Shown in pieces: positions 48,932-56,496 of a DNA stretch of 57,230 nucleotides. Below the pieces are notes generated by a model. The model did not search any database, was not told the DNA's origin, and saw nothing but the letters and a program-made list of their open reading frames with translations. The number at the start of each line of letters is the position of its first letter. Within the stretch, counting starts at the first letter, position 1. The translations under genes and the position numbers were made by a program. Source of the stretch: a virus. Taxonomy: Duplodnaviria; Caudoviricetes. The stretch covers positions 1 through 57,230 of IMG/VR virus record IMGVR_UViG_3300025120_012119. One strand, 5' to 3'.

Positions 48932-50158
48932 ATGTTAAACAATCTAAAAAAATACTTATTTCCTCTTTTAATAGCATTTTCCGCTTTATCAGTTAGTGCA
49001 TCAGCAGCATTTTATTCAGTTAGTGGTTTAAGTAAATTATTTGCTGGAGCTGCTTTTGCTGTTATTGTAATGGCTGCTTCGTTAGAAATAGCTAAATTAG
49101 TTATTGCATCTCTTCTATATCAATATAGAAAAAACTTACCAAGATTATTAAAATGGTATTTATCTTTAGCTTGTGTAGTACTTATATTAATTACAAGTAT
49201 GGGTATTTATGGATTTCTATCAGCAGCTTATCAAGAAACAGCTGCAAAAGCCGGGAGTATTGATGCTCAAATTTCACTTATTGAGACTAAAAGAGATAAT
49301 ATTAAAGAACAATTAGTTGTATACAATGAAGAAAAATCATCTATTAATGAGTCTGTGACTAGTTTGAGAAATGGTTTATCTACGAATAAAATACAGTATA
49401 AAGACACATTAGGTAATATAATTACAACACAATCATCTTCAACACGTAGGGTTTTAACCCAACAATTAGATCAAGCTATTGAAAGGCAAACTGTAATTAA
49501 TGAAAAATTAGATGTTTTAAATCAACAATTATTTGAATATGAAGAAGAAATAGTTGAAGTACAATTAAGTGATGCTGTGTCTAGTGAATTAGGTCCTTTA
49601 AAATATCTATCGGGTTTAACTGGATTCCCTATGGATAGGATAATAAACTGGTTATTATTAACTATTATATTTGTATTTGACCCATTAGCAATTGCTTTAG
49701 TAGTAGCTGCTAATTTTGCTTTTGAACAAATAAGACCAAAAACTAAAAAAAACCTTTATAGAGAAGATGTTTTAATTGAAGAAGAAGATGAACTAACTGA
49801 TGTTTGGGATCATGAAAATGAAGAAAAATGGGTTGATGATGGTTATATGACTAATAGTGAAGAAGATAAAAGTGCTAGTCTTGAAGAACAGGCTAAACAC
49901 ACAGATTGGGAAGAGGCTGAAAAAAGGATGGAAATTATAGGTCAAAATGGTAATGATGGAGAACATTATGAAGAATTACCAGTAGTAGATAATTCTATTA
50001 ATAATTTAACAATTTTAGAATTAGAAAAATTACTAGCAGAAACTAGTAAACCAAATAAATATGGTCCTAAAGGTTGGACAACTATAAAAAAAAGGATTAA
50101 TGAATTAAAATCATTAAATGAAAAAAACGATGATGATGATTTAATCATTAAATATTAA
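48932..50158 (+). CDS. Multi-pass membrane protein with a periplasmic coiled coil and acidic tail
   Basis: Three N-terminal TM helices, a long coiled coil, a fourth TM (WLLLTIIFVFDPLAIALVVAA). Confidence 0.7.
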   Translation: MLNNLKKYLFPLLIAFSALSVSASAAFYSVSGLSKLFAGAAFAVIVMAASLEIAKLVIASLLYQYRKNLPRLLKWYLSLACVVLILITSMGIYGFLSAAYQETAAKAGSIDAQISLIETKRDNIKEQLVVYNEEKSSINESVTSLRNGLSTNKIQYKDTLGNIITTQSSSTRRVLTQQLDQAIERQTVINEKLDVLNQQLFEYEEEIVEVQLSDAVSSELGPLKYLSGLTGFPMDRIINWLLLTIIFVFDPLAIALVVAANFAFEQIRPKTKKNLYREDVLIEEEDELTDVWDHENEEKWVDDGYMTNSEEDKSASLEEQAKHTDWEEAEKRMEIIGQNGNDGEHYEELPVVDNSINNLTILELEKLLAETSKPNKYGPKGWTTIKKRINELKSLNEKNDDDDLIIKY

Positions 50159-50164
50159 TTTAGT

Positions 50165-50193
50165 TTGGTTATACCAAATCTTTATTGTATATT
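50165..50193 (+). promoter_or_regulatory. TTGGTT-N17-TATATT promoter
   Basis: TTGGTT at 50165-50170, TATATT at 50188-50193; heads the deazaguanine cluster. Confidence 0.65.
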
Positions 50194-50215
50194 GGTTGTA
50201 AATAAAAAGTTATAA

Positions 50216-51007
50216 ATGAAAATCAAAGTAAGCCACGAAACACCAATGTGTTTATTAGAAGATAGTCTAAAGTTCAATGATTATGACTATTGCCTCCCCC
50301 ATTTATTAGATGAAGAGCCTAAATATTTAGAATATTTTAAAAAAGCAAAATCAGCAGGTCGCTATATTATAATGGATAATTCACTCCATGAATTAGGTGA
50401 AGCTTATAACCATCAACGTTTAATACATTGGGTAAATGAAATTAGACCAAATGAATTTATTGTCCCTGATGTTTGGGAAAATATGGAAGAATCTATACAA
50501 AATGCTACAATATGGGATTTATATGATTTTCCTGAGGGGGTTGAAAAAGTAGCAGTAGTTCAAGCAAAAACACTACATGAAGCAGCTCAATGTGCTAAAG
50601 CATATAAAGATTTAGGTTATGGTAAAATATGTTTTTCTTATGGGGCTAGTTATTATAATGATATTTGTACTCACCCAAATAAAGATTTAGGTAAAGCATT
50701 AGGTAGATTATTTGTTATTTCAACTTTACTAAAAACAGGTGAATTAAAACAAGATGATAGAATACATTTATTAGGTTGTGCTGTTCCTCAAGAATTTGGG
50801 TGGTATCAAAATATAAATTGTATTGAATCAATTGATACATCAAATCCCGTAATGGCTACCTTAGAAGATATTCAATATAACCACTCAGGTTTATTTACAA
50901 AACCAAAAGCTAATATGAATGATTATTTTTATATGTTAGAGGATCAAGTAGATTATGATTTATTAGATTATAATCTTAATAAATTTAAATTAATTAATAA
51001 CTTATGA
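50216..51007 (+). CDS. TGT-fold guanine transglycosylase-like protein (divergent DpdA-like)
   Basis: IIMDNSLHE (cf. TGT DSG), IVPDV, VAVVQ, RIHLLG, ESIDTSNP; clustered with queC/D/E and folE. Confidence 0.6.
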   Translation: MKIKVSHETPMCLLEDSLKFNDYDYCLPHLLDEEPKYLEYFKKAKSAGRYIIMDNSLHELGEAYNHQRLIHWVNEIRPNEFIVPDVWENMEESIQNATIWDLYDFPEGVEKVAVVQAKTLHEAAQCAKAYKDLGYGKICFSYGASYYNDICTHPNKDLGKALGRLFVISTLLKTGELKQDDRIHLLGCAVPQEFGWYQNINCIESIDTSNPVMATLEDIQYNHSGLFTKPKANMNDYFYMLEDQVDYDLLDYNLNKFKLINNL

Positions 51008-51186
51008 AAGCAACATATACTAATAAAGACACTTTTGTAATTCCTATTAAAATAGGTGATATTATATTAACAGGTAGATTTAGAAATAAACCAGTAAAAG
51101 TAAAAGAAGTTGGAATTGATGAATTAGGCCAACCCACAGTAAACGGAAACCCAATATTAAAATTTAGACTACCAAAAGTAATGTAA
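51004..51186 (+). CDS. Small hypothetical protein
   Basis: 60 aa, overlaps the previous stop, IKIGDIILTGRFRNK..IDELGQPTVNG. Confidence 0.6.
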   Translation: MKATYTNKDTFVIPIKIGDIILTGRFRNKPVKVKEVGIDELGQPTVNGNPILKFRLPKVM

Positions 51187-51187
51187 T

Positions 51188-51382
51188 ATGGCAAAATTAA
51201 CAAGAACAGTAAATTACGCAAACTTCAGATGGGAAGAATATGTGTTAACAGAAGAAGAATTAGCAAAGTGGAAAACAGGGGATGAAGATATTCAACAAGA
51301 AATCATAGATGATGCAGATTGGGACCTGGTAAGAGATAAACCAATTGATGATTATGGTGACGTAGAATTTGTAGAAGAATAA
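51188..51382 (+). CDS. Small acidic hypothetical protein
   Basis: 64 aa, 1-nt spacing to its neighbours. Confidence 0.6.
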   Translation: MAKLTRTVNYANFRWEEYVLTEEELAKWKTGDEDIQQEIIDDADWDLVRDKPIDDYGDVEFVEE

Positions 51383-51383
51383 T

Positions 51384-51605
51384 ATGTTAAAGAAACAAGC
51401 AATACGTCAACAAAAAATATATTTAAATAAATCTTCAGAACCAATTGTTCAAAAAGATGAAGTTATTTTACTTAGTGAAAATTGGAATGAAAATGAAGAA
51501 TTTTTATTTAGAAAACTTCTTAAACAGGGTGGGAGTGCAAACATACAAGGAACTCATTTTAGAGTGGTTGTTCAAGAAAGAATGTATAAATTAAAAGATA
51601 TGTAA
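51384..51605 (+). CDS. Small hypothetical protein
   Basis: 73 aa, tightly packed in the operon. Confidence 0.6.
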   Translation: MLKKQAIRQQKIYLNKSSEPIVQKDEVILLSENWNENEEFLFRKLLKQGGSANIQGTHFRVVVQERMYKLKDM

Positions 51606-51608
51606 TAT

Positions 51609-51642
51609 AGCGTTTGCCTATACGCTTAAAATACCTGGCAAA
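51609..51642 (+). ncRNA. Candidate cis-regulatory H-type pseudoknot (preQ1-I-like architecture) in the queC leader
   Basis: P1 AGCG/CGCT around the 10-nt loop TTTGCCTATA, then TAAAA, then GGCAAA complementary to loop TTTGCC; 15 nt before the queC ATG. Confidence 0.45.
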
Positions 51643-51657
51643 TTTAAAATAAATAAA

Positions 51658-52506
51658 ATGGAACAATTAGAAATTAATTTTAAAGACGCACAACGTCCAA
51701 AACACGCAGTAGTATCACTTTCAGGTGGTATGGATTCAAGTACATTATTACTTAGATGTCTTAATGAATTTGAAACAGTAACAGCTTTATCATTTGATTA
51801 TGGTCAAAAACATAAAGTTGAACTAAAAAGAGCAAGAGCATTAGTAGATTATTTAAAAAGAAATGGTCATAATGTTGCTTATCAAACAATTAAATTAGAT
51901 GGTTTAGTAGAATTACTAGACTCAGCATTAGTTGAAGGTGGAGATGAAGTACCAGAAGGACATTATGCAGCTGAAAATATGAAAGCTACAGTAGTACCTA
52001 ATAGAAATAAAATATTTGCTTCAATTACTCAAGCGGTTGCTTTATCAGTAGCAAATAGAACTGAAGAACAAACATCAATTGCTTTAGGAATTCACAGTGG
52101 TGATCATGATATTTATCCTGATTGCAGACAAGAATTTAGGGATGCAGATGATAAAGCATTTAGAGAAGGTAATTGGGATGCTGAAAGAGTAGGATATTAT
52201 ACTCCATATCTTGAAGGTGATAAATTTACTATTTTACAAGATGGAGAAATATTATGTGAAAAATTAGGAATTGATTTTGATGAAGTTTATGCTAGGACAA
52301 ATACTTCATACAAACCAACACCAGAGGGGTGGAGTGATTATAAATCAGCTTCTTCAGTAGAAAGAATTGAAGCATTTATTAAACTTGGAAGACCTGATCC
52401 TGTACAATATGCAGATGAAACGGGTGCAGTTGATTATGAAACAGCTAGGATTTATGTAGAACAAGTTCTTGCTGAATATGAAAAAGAACAATTAAACAAT
52501 AAATAA
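51658..52506 (+). CDS. queC: 7-cyano-7-deazaguanine synthase QueC (Zn-Cys motif degenerate)
   Basis: SLSGGMDS, FDYGQKHKVEL, TVVPNRN, YPDCRQEF. Confidence 0.92.
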   Translation: MEQLEINFKDAQRPKHAVVSLSGGMDSSTLLLRCLNEFETVTALSFDYGQKHKVELKRARALVDYLKRNGHNVAYQTIKLDGLVELLDSALVEGGDEVPEGHYAAENMKATVVPNRNKIFASITQAVALSVANRTEEQTSIALGIHSGDHDIYPDCRQEFRDADDKAFREGNWDAERVGYYTPYLEGDKFTILQDGEILCEKLGIDFDEVYARTNTSYKPTPEGWSDYKSASSVERIEAFIKLGRPDPVQYADETGAVDYETARIYVEQVLAEYEKEQLNNK

Positions 52507-52507
52507 T

Positions 52508-52729
52508 ATGGAAGATAAAAACTTAAATAAAGAAGTAGATAAAATAGTTCAACAACTAGCAGGTAAAAATATTAAAGAATTACCTGATGCTTATTTACAC
52601 CAAAAAATCAGTTTTTTTAAGTCAGGTGTCAGAATATTAGGGTATATTTTCATCCCTTTTAGTTTGGTTACTGCAACAGCTTTGCTTATATTGAGTGAAG
52701 TAATAGGTATAATTGAAGAATTAGTATAA
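52508..52729 (+). CDS. Small membrane protein
   Basis: HQKISFFKSGVRILGY..LILSEVIGIIEELV, hydrophobic C-terminal half. Confidence 0.65.
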   Translation: MEDKNLNKEVDKIVQQLAGKNIKELPDAYLHQKISFFKSGVRILGYIFIPFSLVTATALLILSEVIGIIEELV

Positions 52730-52747
52730 TTAAATAAATAAATAAAA

Positions 52748-53005
52748 ATGAACAAAGGAATTTTATATTTTAGTGCTCCTTGGTGTGGACCTTGTAAAGC
52801 ACTTTCCCCACAGATGGAAGAAATCGCAAAATCTGGCATCCCAGTTAAAAAAATTAATATTGATTATGATGCTGAATTTCCAGCAAAATACAGTGTTAAA
52901 AGTATCCCAACTGTTATCTTATGTGATTTAAATGGGACTGAAATTAAAAGGCATGTTGGTGCTTTTGATGGTATAACAGCTATAAAAAATTGGTATAATG
53001 GGTAA
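52748..53005 (+). CDS. trxA: Thioredoxin
   Basis: FSAPWCGPCK, VKSIPTVI. Confidence 0.9.
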   Translation: MNKGILYFSAPWCGPCKALSPQMEEIAKSGIPVKKINIDYDAEFPAKYSVKSIPTVILCDLNGTEIKRHVGAFDGITAIKNWYNG

Positions 53006-53462
53006 ATTTCAATCAAGCAAAGTGTTTGATGGGTTTTCTACTGTTTTTCGTCAATGGAAAGCTGAGGATACTCATTGTAGGTTTTTACACGGTTATGGAA
53101 TTAGTTTTAAAGTATATTTTGAAGGAGAACTAGATCATAGAAATTGGGTTTGGGATTTTGGAGGAATGAAAAGAGCTAAAAATAAAATTGATGGTAAATC
53201 TCCTAAAGAATGGATGGATTATATGTTTGACCATACAGTAGTTATAGCTGAAGATGACCCAGGTATTAAAGGTTTTGAAACTATGGATAAATTAGGAGTA
53301 ATTCAATTAAGAATAATTCCAGCAACTGGTGCAGAGAAATTTGCTGAGTATATTTATGGTAACATAAATAAATTTGTTAAAGCTGAAACTGATAATAGGG
53401 TCAGAGTTACTAAAGTTAAGTTTATGGAACATGGTAAAAATGCTGCTTACTACAGCGAATAG
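52998..53462 (+). CDS. queD: 6-carboxy-5,6,7,8-tetrahydropterin synthase QueD (variant)
   Basis: HCRFLHGY, WVWDFG, FDH, GAEKFAEYI, V..MEH; located between queC and queE. Confidence 0.85.
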   Translation: MGKFQSSKVFDGFSTVFRQWKAEDTHCRFLHGYGISFKVYFEGELDHRNWVWDFGGMKRAKNKIDGKSPKEWMDYMFDHTVVIAEDDPGIKGFETMDKLGVIQLRIIPATGAEKFAEYIYGNINKFVKAETDNRVRVTKVKFMEHGKNAAYYSE

Positions 53463-53471
53463 AAGAATAAC

Positions 53472-53499
53472 AGTGAATGAAAAACCACTTAAAAAAATT
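53472..53499 (+). ncRNA. Candidate preQ1-I-like hairpin plus A-tail element in the queE leader
   Basis: AGTG-AATGAAAAAC-CACT-TAAAAAAATT, the same geometry as the queC element with a compensatory stem change. Confidence 0.35.
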
Positions 53500-53505
53500 A
53501 ACAAT

Positions 53506-54288
53506 ATGCACAAACAATTAAAAAGAATCGAGGATTATAATAAAATCCTCCCAGTTTTAGAAGTATACACAGCCGTACAATCAGAAGGTAGTAGACAAGG
53601 ATACCCAACAATAGTAGTTAGAACAACAGGTTGTACTCACAGATGTTATTTTGGTGAAGGAGGATGGTGTGATTCATGGTACACAAGCATTCATCCAGAA
53701 AAAGGTACATATTCATTTCAGGATATAATAGATACTTATGATCAACACCCTCACATAAAAGAAATGATGTTAACAGGAGGTTCACCTACTATGCATCCTA
53801 AACTAGTAAATGAATTAACTCATTTTGCTCATGAAAGAAACATTTTTATTACTATTGAAACTGAGGGATCTCATTTCCTCCCTACTGATTATCCCATTAA
53901 TCTTCTTAGCATTTCTCCTAAGTTCAGTAATAGCGTTCCCGTTTTGGGTGCTGTTACTCCTCAAGGAAAAGATGTGGACGAAAAAATGATAAAAACACAT
54001 AATAGATTAAGATTAAATTATGAAGCAATAAAACAATCTATTGAATATCATTCTGATTACCACATTAAACCTGTATTGGATAAGAATTTATCTATGATAG
54101 AAGAGGTAGAAACATTTATAAAAGAATGTAGTATACCAGATAATAAAGTTTGGGCTATGCCTGCTGGAGATACTAGGGAATCTTTAATGGAATCATACCC
54201 TGAAGTAATGAATTTTGTAAGAGATAGGGGATGGAGATTTACAGGTAGATCTCATATTATGGCTTTTGATACTGAACGTTGTGTCTAA
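53506..54288 (+). CDS. queE: 7-carboxy-7-deazaguanine synthase QueE (radical SAM); likely start ATG 53506
   Basis: EVYTAVQSEG, VRTTGCTHRC..WCDS, LTGGSP, IETEG, SISPK. The listed upstream start at 53374 overlaps queD. Confidence 0.9.
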   Translation: MHKQLKRIEDYNKILPVLEVYTAVQSEGSRQGYPTIVVRTTGCTHRCYFGEGGWCDSWYTSIHPEKGTYSFQDIIDTYDQHPHIKEMMLTGGSPTMHPKLVNELTHFAHERNIFITIETEGSHFLPTDYPINLLSISPKFSNSVPVLGAVTPQGKDVDEKMIKTHNRLRLNYEAIKQSIEYHSDYHIKPVLDKNLSMIEEVETFIKECSIPDNKVWAMPAGDTRESLMESYPEVMNFVRDRGWRFTGRSHIMAFDTERCV

Positions 54289-54415
54289 AGAAGAAGCACT
54301 AGAAACCCTAGAAGAAATAGCTGAAAACGTAAGTGTTTGTTGTGCTATAACTATGGAGCCTGATGAAGTATTAGTATTAATTGATAAATTAAAAGAATAT
54401 TTAGAAAATGTATAA
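54281..54415 (+). CDS. Small hypothetical protein (44 aa, GTG start)
   Basis: VSKEEALETLEEIAENVSVCCAITMEPDEVLVLIDKLKEYLENV; fills the queE-nuclease gap with 8-nt overlaps on both sides. Confidence 0.55.
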   Translation: MSKEEALETLEEIAENVSVCCAITMEPDEVLVLIDKLKEYLENV

Positions 54416-54746
54416 ATATAACGCAAAATTAGATAGAGTAGTTGATGGTGATACTGTTGATGCCCTTGTAGATTTAGGATTTGACACTTGGAAAAAAGTA
54501 AGAATTAGAATGCATGGGATGAATGCACCAGAATCCAGAACTAGAGATTTAGAAGAAAAAAAATTAGGATTAGCTGCTAAAGCAAGGCTTATAGAATTAT
54601 TAGGTGATGGTGATTTTATTTTACAATCTCATGGGGTAGGAAAATATGGAAGATGTTTAGGTACTTTATGGATAGGAGATAATGATATAAATAAAACATT
54701 AATAACCGAAGGTCATGCAACAGAATACCACGGTGGAAAAAGATAA
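54408..54746 (+). CDS. Thermonuclease (SNase-like)
   Basis: RVVDGDTVD, RIRMHGMNAPE, GKYGRCLG, INKTLITEGHA. Confidence 0.88.
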   Translation: MYKYNAKLDRVVDGDTVDALVDLGFDTWKKVRIRMHGMNAPESRTRDLEEKKLGLAAKARLIELLGDGDFILQSHGVGKYGRCLGTLWIGDNDINKTLITEGHATEYHGGKR

Positions 54747-54748
54747 AT

Positions 54749-54817
54749 ATGAGATATTTTAGAACATTAAGATATAGGTGGCAAAAATACAGACGCAAGA
54801 GTGTTTGGGATTTGTAA
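54749..54817 (+). CDS. Possible 22-aa basic micro-ORF
   Basis: MRYFRTLRYRWQKYRRKSVWDL, starting 2 nt after the nuclease stop. Confidence 0.3.
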   Translation: MRYFRTLRYRWQKYRRKSVWDL

Positions 54818-54844
54818 TAAAATTAATAATTAAAATAAAAAGTT

Positions 54845-55261
54845 ATGTTAAAAATAGATAATAAAATTCATCTTTACTGGAATGATATAGAATTACTAAC
54901 AGATAAGTTATGTGAAGAAATTATAAAAATACCAAATGTAACTCACATATCAGGTTTATCTAGAGGTGGATTAATACCTGCAGTAATGGTTTCACATAAA
55001 TTAAACCTTCCCTATACAGATAAAATATTATGGTCAGATGATAAAGTAATAAGAAATACTTTACTTATTGATGATATTTGTGATAGTGGAGAAACATTAC
55101 TTAACCATGAAGCAGCTATAACAGCTGTTTTACATCATAAACCACATACATCAAAATTTACACCTACAGCTTATGCCCAAAGATTTGAAGGAGATGAATG
55201 GATTATATATCCTTGGGAAAGAAAAGATTCAAAAGCTATTCAAGATTATAAATTACCATAA
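54845..55261 (+). CDS. Type I phosphoribosyltransferase (xanthine/guanine PRT-like)
   Basis: GLSRGGLIPA, PRPP loop LLIDDICDSGETL, WIIYPWE. Confidence 0.88.
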   Translation: MLKIDNKIHLYWNDIELLTDKLCEEIIKIPNVTHISGLSRGGLIPAVMVSHKLNLPYTDKILWSDDKVIRNTLLIDDICDSGETLLNHEAAITAVLHHKPHTSKFTPTAYAQRFEGDEWIIYPWERKDSKAIQDYKLP

Positions 55262-55269
55262 TATTTATA
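55261..55269 (+). promoter_or_regulatory. Putative late promoter ATATTTATA
   Basis: 11 nt upstream of the ATG at 55281. Confidence 0.5.
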
Positions 55270-55280
55270 ATTAAAACATT

Positions 55281-55439
55281 ATGGTATATTTTTGCAATAT
55301 GGATTATGACTCTGATTCTGATAAATGGTGGATTGACGCTTTTTATAATTGGCCTTCTTATGAAACTACTAGAACTTGGTATGATACTAAAGCAGATGCT
55401 TATGTTTTTTATAATTCAATAGTAAATAATACCCCCTAA
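55281..55439 (+). CDS. Small hypothetical protein (52 aa)
   Basis: MVYFCNMDYDSDSDKWWIDAFYNWPSYETTRTWYDTKADAYVFYNSIVNNTP; stop is 1 nt before the next ATG. Confidence 0.55.
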   Translation: MVYFCNMDYDSDSDKWWIDAFYNWPSYETTRTWYDTKADAYVFYNSIVNNTP

Positions 55440-55440
55440 T

Positions 55441-56490
55441 ATGTCAGATCCAATTAAATACGCAGAAGAATTACCAGATAATGCTGTTTTAAAAACCACA
55501 ACAGCCGCAGGAGTATCAAACGTAAACTATGGTCCTACTTCAACAACAGGTTGGTATAATGGTTTAAGAACAACTGGGTATACTATTGCAAAAGGAGTAG
55601 AGGGAGCCTCACCTCATATTTATTCCCCTGCAGATGATGCTGGGGTTATTCAATTTTGTAATACAACAATATCACCATCCCCGTCATCAACAATCACTAC
55701 AATAGATGAAGCTTTAGATTATATTTCTACTACTGATTATATGATTTTTCATGGAACAGATAATATAGATAATTTTCCTGTAGGTTTACCTATGGATGGG
55801 TTATCATCTTACTTAGACGCACAAATCGACGTTAGTGCAGGGACAACAGGTGAATGGAAAGATGTAAGTGGAAATGGTTTATGTTTTTATATATATGGTA
55901 CTCAACTAACCAGAACTTCTTTAGGAGGATATACAGGTTTTCAATTTAATAACTCAGGATATTATCAATGTAATGATAAGTATGGTGCTGTTAATATAGG
56001 AGGAGATTGTACTATAGTTATGTGGGTTTGGTGTACTAATATCACAGAAAGGGATACTATTTTTGAAAAAGCAGGAAATGGAGGCACTTCATACCAATGT
56101 TCAGTAGCTATTACTTGGGAAACAAATCAAGCATTTTCTTATTACTCAAGAAAAACTGATGCTTATGATCATGCAGGTACATCAGCTTGTGATACTAATG
56201 GTGGTGAAGGTGCTTGGACTATGATGGCTATTAAAATGAGTACAGGTTTAACTTCAACCGCAAGAACTGGATTTTACTCTAAAAATGGAGCTAATTGGAC
56301 TGCTAATTACAATTCAAGGAGTAACACAGCATTAGTTAGAGGACAACAAATTAGAGTTGGATATGGTTATGCTGGCCCCGTAGAAGGATCAAATGGTATT
56401 GGAGCTTTATTAACATATAATAAAATGCTTTCTAATACTGAAATAGATGAGGTTTATGATGCTATGAAAGGAAGATATGGACTAAGTTAA
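55441..56490 (+). CDS. LamG/concanavalin A-like domain protein (probable virion lectin)
   Basis: LSSYLDA..WKDVSGNG, CTIVMWV, YNKMLSNTEIDEVYDAMKGRYGL. Confidence 0.75.
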   Translation: MSDPIKYAEELPDNAVLKTTTAAGVSNVNYGPTSTTGWYNGLRTTGYTIAKGVEGASPHIYSPADDAGVIQFCNTTISPSPSSTITTIDEALDYISTTDYMIFHGTDNIDNFPVGLPMDGLSSYLDAQIDVSAGTTGEWKDVSGNGLCFYIYGTQLTRTSLGGYTGFQFNNSGYYQCNDKYGAVNIGGDCTIVMWVWCTNITERDTIFEKAGNGGTSYQCSVAITWETNQAFSYYSRKTDAYDHAGTSACDTNGGEGAWTMMAIKMSTGLTSTARTGFYSKNGANWTANYNSRSNTALVRGQQIRVGYGYAGPVEGSNGIGALLTYNKMLSNTEIDEVYDAMKGRYGLS

Positions 56491-56496
56491 TTTAGT

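Noticed and set aside
53374-53505. 44-aa N-terminal extension of QueE
   Set aside because: Overlaps queD by 89 nt and looks non-homologous; ATG 53506 has a typical A-rich leader.
11865-54798. Other short minus-strand or nested ORFs (e.g. 18075-18446, 20398-20766, 33370-33720, 37886-38248, 40195-40578)
   Set aside because: They lie over well-supported + strand genes and show no recognisable motifs.
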